DNA of 63,506 bases, the filler included, from Folioceros fuciformis (lineage: Eukaryota), in the NCBI GenBank assembly GCA_049999805.1. It is 7 parts of 7 records of this genome, joined end to end, with 100 filler letters (N's around TTAATTAATTAA, not from the genome) between each part and the next. Parts side by side here need not be neighbours in the genome. Positions count along the whole stretch, not along the records: positions 34,623 to 38,007 come from JBNGIO010000988.1; positions 38,108 to 48,877 come from JBNGIO010000989.1; positions 48,978 to 58,160 come from JBNGIO010000990.1; 4 more parts are not named here. One strand, given 5' to 3'. This document shows, piece by piece, positions 34,650 through 49,687 of the stretch. Under the pieces are notes generated by a model that was not told the DNA's origin, did not search any database, and saw only the letters and a list, made by a program, of their open reading frames with translations. Each line of letters opens with the position of its first letter. Within the stretch, counting starts at the first letter, position 1. A program made the position numbers and the translations under genes.

Positions 34650-36200
34650 AGTCCAAAGATCAACAAGTTGCAATTTGTGTTTGAATGAGTCTTTGATTTG
34701 TTTCATAAAATTCTTGTGGTGGATTCATGTTCTGCCGAGGGATCTACGGGGACTACTAACAACAAGGCTTTTCTATCAACATGTGCTGGAGGAACTGACA
34801 TGATTTCTGCTTCACCAGGAACGCATCATCAAGCCCCTAGTGGAAGTTATTATCAGGCTGTAGTGGAAGCCATCATTTGTTGCTAGGTGAAAGCCATCAT
34901 GAGTCCTAAATGTGTTATACAGACGACCTTCTGCCCATGCAGCTGCAGCAAGTCATCAGCAGGCCCAAATCTGCTATACAGATGTCACCCAGGCAAGTCC
35001 AAGGGGATCCCGGTAGGCCCTTGGTTGCACAGGTGAATAGCGGAGACAATGCTGTGTCTCTGGGTATGTTAGACTTCAAGCGATATGAATATTGAGCCCT
35101 GGGAAGAAATTTGTTGTGCCCCACAACATGTAGTTGCACCAGCATGACATTTCTTGGACGCAATGGAAAGTACCTTGGTCCATGATAGCTCAAGACATCT
35201 CACAGCTGGGAAGTCGTCCGGGGAATAGCAGTATGGTTCAAGACCACGTCCTAGACAGGGTAGTTCACGAAGTTTTGTTACAGGGAGACCGACGTGCACC
35301 AGAGTGAGAGATAGCATGGCGTGTTTATTCACAGAGGTGAAAACACAATGGCGTGTTTCAGAAAAAACAAGACAAGGTATAGTGTTTTTTTGGCATGGAG
35401 AAAAACGGCGTGCCCCAGAGTACAGTACAATACAGCGTGGTCATTCTGTATTTTCACACAACGTATTATGGGATGGCGTAGACCTTGTCAAGCAAGGAAA
35501 ACCGGTGGGTCTTCGAATGTACGGGAGGTTCAACATGGTGTAGAACTTTGGCACAAAGAATTGCTCACATGATGTGCTCGATGATCTTAGATGTCCACGG
35601 CAACACATTATAGGAGCGCAGGAGTCCTGGTACATGTACAAAAAATCAACACGCAGTACAGTTTCATGTGTACACAGCAGATAGATCGACATGTTTTGCA
35701 TTAACAAGGACTGATCCATGCTGGTTTTTCCTGGTAAGCCAGTAGAGTATGTGTAGAGTACGTAGAACGGTTGAGGGGGAAACAAGAATCACGCATTGGA
35801 AACAACAGCGTACGAGGCTGTTGGACCTGGAAAACGGCACACGGGAAACAATAATGCGTTTCCCTTACAGCAAAGACCATGAGTCCCAACTATAATCCAC
35901 GACAACAAGGACCAATCCATGTGGGCTTTCCTTTGTAAGATGAGTACGTAGAATATGTATGTTGTGCCGGATCATTGTATGAAGTTGATAATCGAACAGG
36001 TTGGAACACGATCAATGTCATTGAGTCTGAGTCCTTGTGGGTACAGACAAGCTCTTCGAATAGATATGGGTGAGATCTGTTGGTTCCTGTGAGAGAAGGC
36101 GTAGGCACAGGATTCACGTAGGAAATCTCCCTTGGAAAGATTGGTCAAGGAATCCAAAGGGGGAGGTTCCCATCCAAAGGAAGGTTAGTTCCAAGGAGGC
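34650..36200 (-). pseudogene. Possible highly degenerate F-box-associated-domain pseudogene
   Basis: Fragments LPLDSLTNL, WIGPCCRGL and LVHVGLPVTKLRELPCL (resembles VCNPxTKxWxxLP), among many stops and frameshifts. Weak. Confidence 0.25.
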
Positions 36201-36879
36201 CCTCATCCTAGTTGGCTCATTTACGGATGTCTTCCTATTAGTAGAGATACTTCTAAAGAATCAGAGGTTTGTAGAGGAGCGGATGGATTCCAGAGATACT
36301 GTTGCTTACAATTTGTTAGCATAGGACTCGTCACAGCCAATTTCCAGTGCTCTCGTCCTTTCAGTGTCTATGCTTAAAGTAAGAAAATCTGACACGGTGC
36401 AAGGAGCAGTTTCATTGCAGACAAGACATTGTGGCTCGAACAGAGGGCATAGCCACCCAGATGGAGCAAGCAAACACTGGGCAGCGGAATGCCAGCCATG
36501 GAGTGCCTGCAATATGGAGGAAACTGCAGTCCAAGGTGGACAAGATAACGGGCTTGTCCACGGAATTCGGTTGAGCTGTCCACACGTCCCTCACAGGAAA
36601 GGTGGAAGCCAGGAGTAGGTCGTCTTCGGTACAAGCGCATGAAAAACGGGTGACAGCGTCTCTCCGATAATCCAGTTCAATCCGGTTTCGGCCTTTCCCG
36701 TAGTTTTGAGATCAGTACAAATCTTGATTCGTCAACAGGAGTGTATGTGTTTCTGTTGCTGCAGTTATCAGGATGTCTCCCATAGCCTGTCCTGACATTA
36801 TTGCCCAAGTAACAAGCTCGTTTTAAGCGTGAGAACTGTTCCGAAGGAAGACACACCCGAGAGTACCAACAGTGGGTCC

Positions 36880-37934
36880 CTTCCAACACCCAATGCCTCA
36901 CAGGTGCCGTGTTTGCCAGGCTGAGGTTCCTTCCCTGTTGCTGCTCCCACAGCAACGCCGCAGGAGCAGGCGGCCGCGTCGTCCTAGTCACGTCGACACA
37001 AGTGCGCGAGGCTGTGCGAAGTCCTCGTTCCTGGGTCAGTAAAAGGCAGTTTAAGGATAAGAAAAGAGTTTCAAGCATTCCAGGTACTTCCAAAGATTCG
37101 TCACGTTCAACTCCAGGCGCCTGTGCTTTAATGCGAAGGAACCTGATACCTGACGAACAGTCACAGGAGTCGCTTGCTACGTCAACAGGAGACTCCAGCG
37201 ACAAGTTGCTTGGAGACGCTTGTCAAGTTACCATATCCCGCGCAATGTGCGAAGACCACTGTGCGAGGACTTGTGTACACATCTCCCGGTTCTTCGCTGA
37301 CAGCTAGACGTTTCTTACAAATATCGAGCAACGCGTTGGCCAATTATGCAGCCAGAAGAAGTGCCATTTTGCAACTTGCCGTCAACTCTTCGTCATCTTT
37401 CCGGTGGAGCCTTGAGGGGGAGGAGGAGAGGAGAGGAGAGGAGAGAGCGGGGGCGTGGGCTCGGGCCCGACGGCGAGGGGAAAGTGGAAGGGAAGTTTCC
37501 GGCCGCTGGGCCCTGCTGCTTCTTCGCCTCGATCAAAAAAGCCTGTGTCCGCTGCTGTACCCAATCGCCTCCACTCCACAAGGGCACGCGGGGACCTGGG
37601 TACTGTACATACTTGCGTTCCAAGCTTTCCATCCCACCCCACTCCTCTCCTGTCCTGTGGAGGGGTCAAAGTAGGTCGGGTTTGTTGGGCGAAACTGGCG
37701 GCCGCGGAGTTATTGCCAGCCCGCCATCCCAACCAGCATGCCGTCCGGCGGCGAAACCTCGCTTTGTCCTCCTCCTTGTGTGAGCTCAATGCTGGGCCGG
37801 GCGTCACTGCCGATGCAGATGAAGTGAGCCAGATTCCCCAGCTTTGAGCTCAAGCCAGGAGCGAGTGCTGGCGTCGGCGCCGGCGCCGGATTCTCGGCTG
37901 TGACAGAATTTTGCTTCTGAATTCTTTCTGTCAT
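36880..37934 (-). pseudogene. Spliced gene of unknown family with an in-frame TAA and a probable 5' frameshift
   Basis: Frame-preserving GT-AG introns (e.g. 37612-37411) give ...HKEEDKARTGEEWGGMESLERKLHRKDDEELTASCKMALLLAA*LANALLDICKKRLAVSEEPGDVYTSPRTVVFAHCAGYGIRFLRIKAQAPG...; stop at 37344-37346. Confidence 0.35.
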
Positions 37935-38107
37935 GTGTTGAATTCTTTCCTCCCTCCGTCCATCCTTCTTTGACCGCCCCCGCCCGAGCTGCGACGCGTG
38001 AATGGCCNNNNNNNNNNNNNNNNNNNNNNNNNNNNNNNNNNNNNNNNNNNNTTAATTAATTAANNNNNNNNNNNNNNNNNNNNNNNNNNNNNNNNNNNNN
38101 NNNNNNN

Positions 38108-42129
<4,022 letters not shown>

Positions 42130-42542
42130 GGATGCTCACCACGGCCCCTCCTCTGCCACAGTCGTGTGAAGAGAAAAGAAACCAGAAGTTTCAGAGCACC
42201 CAGTTAATCCCTTCCTCCATCACTCCGTGCCTGCTCTGGACCAAATTGGACGCACATTATGTGGGTGCTTCGAGCCAAACAGGTGTGTGAAGACACACAT
42301 ATCAAAGCTCAAGACCGACGTGGCCTCTTGTTTCCTCAAGCTTCTCCCTATTGTACGTAACATTGTTTGGAACCTGTCAAGTCCAATCCCCAATCAACCA
42401 ACTAACCAACTAGTTGGACCTAACTAATTAACCGGAGCGATCAGCGGTGTGCGGAGCCAAGGACAGTTTGGGCGTAGAGTGGAGGGATATTGAGGGATGG
42501 GTGTAGGAGTGTTGTATAGCATAACGACGTGGAGGGATGGGC

Positions 42543-42956
42543 CCCAAGAGAGACAAAAGAGGTGGAGAGGAATGAGCGAGCTGGTAGTATGCTGTAGGAG
42601 CCCATAAAAAATGGGGACGCACACTGCTTGTCTAAAATCTCCTACTACTTTAGCTCGCCAATCCCAAGAGAGACAAAGAGGTGGAGAGGAATGAGCGAGC
42701 TGATAGTATGCTGTAGGAGCGCATAAAAATGGGGACACACACTCCTTGTCTAAAACCTCCTTCTACTTCAGCTCCCACATCACAAGAGAGACAAAGAGGT
42801 GGAGAGGAATGAGCAAGTTGTAGTATGCTATCAGAGCGCATAAAAATGGGGACACACACTCCTTGTCTAAAACCTCCTTCTACTTTAGCTCCCACATCCC
42901 AAGTAGCCAGAAAACTATAGGGATGAGAGCCAAGAAAACTATAGGGATGAGAGCCA
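42543..42956. repeat. Tandem repeat, about 119 bp x3, plus a short 2-copy repeat
   Basis: Units starting at 42543, 42663 and 42781 ('c.caagagagacaaagaggtggagaggaatgagc...aaatggggacacacactccttgtctaaaacctcc'). 'gaaaactatagggatgagagcc' occurs twice at about 42910-42956. Confidence 0.9.
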
Positions 42957-42959
42957 TCC

Positions 42960-43678
42960 CAGAAAGCCAAGAAGAGCCAAGAAAACCATTCAAGTAGCCA
43001 AGGTAGCCCTCCCTCTCCTAGCTTAGCATCTTTGACAAGGCCCTTAGCTTGTCTCTCTAGCACCCATTGATTGACCGTTGCATCCATGACCCTACATTCC
43101 CCACCCACCTCCACAAGGGTATTGACATACAAAATAGCCGTGTCGTCATCAAAACTGTGACCCACAATACTGTGTCTAGTGCGGTTGAGGACAACATCAT
43201 CCGCCTATTTATGCATGTCCAACTTGGATGCTAAGACATCGTGCATTTTCCTTTTGGCAGCTTCCCATAGAGAAGGTAGATCACCAATGGAAGCACCAAG
43301 TGGAAGCGGCCTTGTGGGGATTGCGTACATCGTCCTAGCCTTAGGTGTTCAAAAATAACTCCTGCTGCCAATAGTTTTCTTCAATACCAGGCACGCCTTC
43401 ACTTGCACGTTAGCTAGGCATGTAAGATTAGGAAAGATGGAGAGCCAGATTTTGCTCGCCCAGTGGTGAGATTGTAAGTTGCACTTCCAAGCCTTTTGGG
43501 ATGCACCTCAAAAACCTGGCAAAGGCCCAGGATGTAAATTGTCTTTATCACTCCCCTTATTTCCGTCAGTAGCCCTCAATGGGTAGAGTTGCTTCAGGTG
43601 CGTATAGAGACCACAAAGACTACATCTCAATAGCAGATCTGGGTAATCAAACAGTTGAGTGAAGGACTTTAAAGCATT
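42960..43678 (-). mobile_element. LINE ORF1 remnant (degenerate zinc knuckle)
   Basis: Minus-strand FTQLFDYPDLLLRCSLCGLYTHLKQLYPL resembles the plant L1 ORF1 Y-x-x-L-x-x-x-C-x2-C-x4-H-x4-C knuckle with the last C mutated to Y. Confidence 0.5.
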
Positions 43679-43980
43679 TGTAGGTGAAGAATCGCAAGAG
43701 AAGCCACACGGTGAAGGAGGAGAGGAAGAAGCAATTAGGAGAGGAGAAAGAGAGGTCTCACACTCTCACACCATGTGTATGTCTCTCAATTGCAAGGGAG
43801 CTCAAGGGGGTATTTATACCCTCTAGAAGAGCTCCCAAGGAAGCTTCACAAGAAGCGCACAGGAAGCTGTGCAAGAAGCTTCCTATAGATTAGCTTAATA
43901 TAAACAAATGATACTTAATTAAAAACTAATCTTAGACTAAATACATTAGTCTTAGCACATTGGACTTTAATAAACCTACA
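43679..43980 (-). mobile_element. 3' LTR of Ty1/Copia element (302 bp)
   Basis: Inverted termini TGTAGG (43679) and CCTACA (43980). Polypurine tract AAGTGGGAGG on the minus strand immediately upstream at 43981-43991. Confidence 0.8.
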
Positions 43981-45330
43981 GCCTCCCACTTAAAGGCCAA
44001 TTTACCTTCATAGGAGAGTGGTCTACCTCATGCCCATGAGTGTCCGAGCTTGTATGAATTGCTCTGTAGAGAGCCCCTTGGTAAGAATATCTAAAGGGTT
44101 CTAATTGGTGTGAACTTTGACAAGCTATACCCTCTTGTCTTCCAACACCTCTCGAATGAAGTGATACTTCACTTCCACATGTTTGGTCTTTGCATGAAAC
44201 ACTGGATTCTTCACCAATAGGATAGCACTTTGGCTATCACAATGCAACACTGGCAGCTCAACCTTGATCCCCGAATCTCCCACTAAACGAGCAAGCCACA
44301 TGGCTTCCTTGCAAGCCTTAGTCGCTGCAACATACTCGGCCTGTGTGGTAGATAGCGTTATGCACGATTGTAAACGAGATTGCCATAAGACTACCCCTCC
44401 ATTGCACATGAAGACATAACCTGATGTGGACCTCCTTTTGTCCATATCCCCTGCATAATCAACATTTGTATATCCCACGACAGATGCATCTTCACTACCA
44501 AAACATATGCACAAAGCTTTTGTATCATTTAAGTATCTCATAACTCCTTTCACTGCCTCCCAATGCTTCTTGCCAGGGTTTGACATAAACCTACTAACCA
44601 CTCCCACTGCAAAAGCAATGTTAGGACATGTAGCAATCATTGCATACATCAAACTCCCTACAGCTGACAAGTATGGAACCCTCCATTTCAACTTTGTCCT
44701 TCGCAGAGCTTAGGAAATCCTTGCTTGAAAATTTCACATATGAAGGCAACAAAGTACTCAATACCTTCCACTTCTCCATATTGAAACGTTGAAGCACCCT
44801 ATTAATGTATTCAATCTAAGATAAGTAAAGCAAATGCTTATGTCTGTTTCGACGAATACACATGCCAAGAATATGGCTGGCCTCTCCCAAGTTTGTCATG
44901 TCAAAGCGAGCATTCAACTTTGACTTCAACGCTGAAATCTCATCACTGCTATTCCCAGCAATTAGCATATCATCCACATAGAGGACCAAAATGAGCAAGC
45001 TTCCATCCTTAGCTTGCTTCACATAGAGGCAATGATCCTCCTCGCTACGATTGTAGCCTTGGGAAAGCATAAATGAGTGGAAGTTGGAATACCACTCTCT
45101 GGGTGCGTGTTTCAAACCTTAAAGGCTCTTCTTTAACCTACACACCAATTCTCTCTACCCTTCTCAATGAAACCTTTTGGTTGCTGCATGTATACCTCTT
45201 TCTAGAGATCACTATGCAGAAATGTCGACTTCACATTCTTCTGAACAAGTTCCATGTCATTTCTCGCAACTAGAGCAAGAACACATTGCATAGTGGTCAT
45301 TTTGCCAACTGGTGAGAAAATCTCAAACAA
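43981..45330 (-). mobile_element. Ty1/Copia RT-RNase H remnant (frameshifted, 5'-truncated)
   Basis: EIFSPVGKM, EVYMQQP, APREWY, LVLYVDDML, VPYLSAVGSLMYAM, DYAGDMDKRRSTSGY, AEYVA, CDSQSAI, HAKTKHVEVKYHFIRE. Confidence 0.93.
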
Positions 45331-46035
45331 CTTGTGGTAATTAGTTATTGTCATTCAACCATAAGGGTAGTAGCTTGGAGAAAGGGGCAGCTGAGACATC
45401 CACCGTAGAAGAAGGAGGGAAGAAGAACATTTCTATGTTAGTAGATTGGGCGCGTCCAATGTATCATAGAGTTTTACAAAGAGGCTCCAAATTTATAACT
45501 CCTAGGTCTAGATGTCATGTAAAAACTATGGACTATTAGAAACCCTTAGGGTTTGTGCCGCACATCTAACCTAGCAACAACCTAAAAAATGTATCCCATA
45601 GCTATTTGGGATAAAGTGTGTTAGCATCGAGATAAATTTCATCCCTATCAAGACATAAGGATGCCTACAGGCTATATATGTACACTTGACTCACTAACAT
45701 TAATATAATGAACTTGAGAGTCATTGTTTTCTAACGTGGACTACTAGCTCTTACACATACCCGCGGCTTGGCCTACTGGTCCTTAAATCCTTTTAAGGAA
45801 ATATGGAGGAGGTTGAAGGAGCGATTGCCATGCAAAACGATCACCTAGGACATTAGGGGACAAGGAGGACATGCTTGCCATGGAAAGCCTCATAATAAGG
45901 AATAGGCAAGAGGGCTGGAAAAAGGGTAGGGAGGAGGGATAGAACGTTAACGAGGATTGGAACGTTAACGAAGGCTGGATCAAGGCATGTGAGGAGGATT
46001 GGGAGGAGGATAGGGAGATAGATTGGGGGAAGTAT

Positions 46036-47584
46036 TTGGGGGAGAACCTTGAGGATTCTAGATATGAGTCCCAATTGGGGCCCGATGAGGATGAGTCTTC
46101 AGGCGTGGCTTACGATGTGCAGAATGTGGAGTTTCCTGTCTCCAGTGAGGTTGTGCAAGTACAAGATGAAGCTATAAGGGTGGATGTAGACACCACGTAT
46201 ATCATGTTGTACCTTCTAGTGGGAAACACCTCAACTATCAAAGCAATAGAAACTGGGAGCCCTGTGAGTGCGGATTCGAAGGGCATGCAGAAAGAGCGCC
46301 TTATTAGTGTGGAAGACAATGATAGATGTGCTTTTCTATGCCAAAAATTACTAGAAGTTCTAGCGGAAAAGGTGTTTCTATGCTTACCCATGGTAGCACA
46401 AGCCCATTGCCAAGCTATGTGTAAGGAATGGCTTGCTATTATTGACCAGCCAGAGTTTCCCCAGCAAAGCTTTTTTGCATCGCTTTCGCGAATGGAGTGG
46501 CCTTGCCTTTGTTCTAGAAGGTTCTCGTACTCTTCAGGCAAGCAATCTCAATTATATGGTAGGGAGTTATATTATGAAGGGAATTTGCAGCTAGAGTCGA
46601 AGGCATTGCAGTGATACCACTCATACTCACACTCAATGTTGCCCCCATATAAGGCATTGAAAGTGGAGGTGTCGTTCTTGCCAGGGGTGTTCTAGTCTAC
46701 AGACTTAGAGCTTCACCTCTTTGCATCATGTGGTTTCATATGCATCACCCGACAATTGGACGAGGGAATGGTTGTATGCCTGTTAAATCCGGTAAACAAG
46801 AGCTTTAAAGTTTTGCCTATGCTTCAAAACATTTGGGCCTTTTGTGTCCTCCTCTTGGCTGGACTTGTCACAGATACAACAAAAGTACTTTCTAGCTTTA
46901 AGGTGCACCTCTCCGAGGTTTTACCAGCTCCCAACGTGCATCATCTAAATGTGGACAACAATGGCATGTTATACGACCTTTATAACAATGATCTATGACA
47001 GCATCGCCAATAAGTGGAATGGCTTGGTACGTCACCCATTGCAACATAGAGTTTTTTCTTTTGAATTGGAGCCAACTTGGGACTGTAATGGAGATGTGTA
47101 CAAGATAATAGTGGGAAAAGATAGTGGGAAGCTAGTGCGGCTGAGCATGGAGACAGGCCCCCGCTACTTGTGGGACGTGCCATTGCCCCAAGTTGACAGG
47201 GGTTGCAACCCAATTTCCAGGAGTGATCATTACTTTGTAATAGAGCACCATGGCAAGCTCTTGTTCTGCTCTGCTGGCATCTGGATGCTAGATGATTTAA
47301 AGCAACAATGGGTCAAAATTGCAAGGAGGTGCCCACTTCGCATGTTGCTACCTCATACTTGGGATTCTAAGACAACTGCGGATGAATTGGCATGTCGTAT
47401 GGGTTTAATCCATGTGCAAGCTTTTGAGGACCTCGTCATCTTCGTGTATGGTGGGTTCATGCTCTAGGACAGCTCTGCAGTTGCTTACGACATGGTCCAA
47501 AATGTTTGGCGAAGGATTCCCCTACATTTTATTTGCTATACCCGTACCTTCCAACTCAAGCCTAATTTGAGGCTTAGTGGGTGA
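46036..47584 (+). pseudogene. F-box protein pseudogene
   Basis: F-box-like LCQKLLEVLAEKVFLCLPMVAQAHCQAMCKEWLAII; later CLLNPVNKSFKVLP, IYDSIANKW, VAYDMVQNVWRRIP. Broken by stops (46612, 47465) and frameshifts. Confidence 0.75.
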
Positions 47585-48299
47585 CATGTCCTTTGCAAGC
47601 TGCCTCCCGATAATGCACTCCCGTGTCTTTCTTTTGTCTGTATTTTGACAGCAACACTTCCAAGTGAGAGGTTGTAGTACAGCTAGGACCACCAAAGGAG
47701 GAGGAGCTTGAAACTTGCTTGTTGTGGCTGCGAGGCAAGATGCAATTAAGTATCAACCTGTGGAGTTGATGAATTTTGTTGAGTGTGTACATATTTGGTG
47801 AGCATTTTGTAGAAATGGATGATTAGTACCATGTGTGCGTATAGATAGTGTACATAGTGTTGTTGATGAGCCTTACCAAGGCATAAAACAAAGAGGTTAT
47901 TTGTGTCGGGTGTACATGTAGATGCTGTGGTTGAATGAGACTCACCAAGTTGTAAAACAAAGAGGCTACGAGCTTGAGTTCATACTTTAATGCGTGCACT
48001 CTTCTGATGACGCTTCATGTCATGGCAAGGATCAATCCAAACCTAAGGCGTGGAGGAGAAATAATTGCCATCTCTCGTTGGAAAGGCTCTCGCCACTTGG
48101 TTTGATATTAAATCGATTGTGTGCGTCACCATTTAAAAAAGGTCTAGTTTTTAGGCTAAGTGAACTAGTTTTGTAATTACAAGCTTGTAAGTCATTATGC
48201 AAATTCTTGATCTCAAACTATTTCGTCAATAATGTTACAAGTCAGCACCAAAATTCAGACCGTGTGCAGTATTGTAAACCCATCATATTTCCAAGGGGA

Positions 48300-48877
48300 T
48301 ATTGCTCTCTTGCAAGGACTTTGAGTCTTGGGCGTTCTTGTGGGACGTCCTGATTGTGTTCATACGTTTGTGGATGCAACTTTGGATAAAGATTGGGCTC
48401 ATATCATGGACCTCTGAAATCGGTGACCCTCAAGTTGCGTTTAGTATTGTTTCTTCCTGTTTTGTGCGGCAACCAGGTTACCTCATTAGAACTATTCCCT
48501 TCTCTAGCTTTTTTATCAAGTCCATGATATAGTTCAGGATTTCATATTCTTAATGGTTAGGGAATATGGGTTTCTTTTGTATAGGAAGCTCTGTCCATAT
48601 ACTTTGCGCAATGAGGTTTCACTTAGAGCTAACCTTTTTGTTCACTAGGGGAGGACAATTGTGTGTCACTAATGTGGTTTCACTAGGGATTCGATTTAAG
48701 AGCACGTCGTTGTCAACCCCTGGATGGGTGGTAGAGGGTTGTGTAATTACCAAAGTCTATAAGCTTTCTCCCCTACAAGACGGGCATATTTTCATCCCCT
48801 TGCTCTTGAGATTCATAGGCCACGGGCAAGGACTTTTCCAGGTTCATCGAAGAGTGCACAAAGATTTATCAAAGTTA
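48300..48877 (+). mobile_element. Degenerate non-LTR retrotransposon remnant, possibly CRE/R2-type (restriction-like endonuclease)
   Basis: EIGDPQVAFSIVSSCFVRQPGYLIRT resembles the post-RT region of such elements. The later ...KYKLSPLQDGHIFIPL.L..GH resembles the REL C-terminus (K..KY.....F.P...E..G). Confidence 0.45.
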
Positions 48878-48977
48878 NNNNNNNNNNNNNNNNNNNNNNN
48901 NNNNNNNNNNNNNNNNNNNNNTTAATTAATTAANNNNNNNNNNNNNNNNNNNNNNNNNNNNNNNNNNNNNNNNNNNN

Positions 48978-49103
48978 CTCGTAAGCCGCGTGCAGCCTAG
49001 CATCCGCGCTCGTCTGCTCCACCCGCACCCCGTGCCGGGACTTGCTGCTGGAAGCACCTGCAACTCCTGCTCCGCCCGAGCTCGACCCTGGAGAGCGCAA
49101 CAT
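48978..49103 (-). CDS. N-terminal 42 codons of a phytochrome-family photoreceptor (phytochrome or neochrome); remainder lost in gap
   Basis: MLRSPGSSSGGAGVAGASSSKSRHGVRVEQTSADARLHAAYE matches the land-plant phytochrome N-terminal extension S-S-x-K-S-K-H-S-x-R-V-A-Q-T-T-A-D-A-K-L-x-A-x-Y/F-E. Confidence 0.8.
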
Positions 49104-49687
49104 CTTGCCTTGTACTATTGTTTTGCCTAGAGCTTGTCCCTCCAAATGCACGAACACAATCGGAAGCCCTGCTGCAGAGGAATTCAAAAGACTGCCTCTG
49201 GTACAAATTAGCGATCGAATCCTCCTCCTTCCAGATCTCGACCCTGCCACATGGAGCAGCAGGAGAACACTGAGCCAAATCGAGCAACAAGAGGTAAGAA
49301 GTAACGGAAATGCAACCTATGACGCTTTATGATGCGGCCATAACCAAGGCGGTGCGAGGAGCACGTGGCGAGCACTTATCTGCGGACAAAGCGCGCCGCG
49401 GGCCGCCACAAAGTAGGCCTAATTAAAGGTCAAGCACGTGAGCCAGCTGCGCCACCACGAGTCCTTGTCAGATGGACGTGCGGGGATCCCATCTGCTCTA
49501 CCGGAGATCTCGATCTTCCGTCTCACGCGTCCGTGCGGGTTTAATCTCCTCCGACCTTGGCAGCTGAGCATCATTCGTGTACCAGATCTGCAACTGCTCC
49601 TCCTCCTGGGGATGGCCGGCTGTGGTTGGCGGCTTCACGACTTTCTGCAGAATGCACAGAGCTCGAGTCATGTTCAGCAGCAAAGAA

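Noticed and set aside
35215..35260. tRNA-like T-loop (ggttcaagacc)
   Set aside because: No cloverleaf or acceptor stem can be formed.
36200..36324. PPR-like fragment ERMDSRDTVAYNLLA on the + strand
   Set aside because: A single weak motif with no neighbouring repeats; could be chance.
42543..42903. CRISPR-like array
   Set aside because: Whole units are repeated with no unique spacers, there are no cas genes, and the context is eukaryotic TE sequence.
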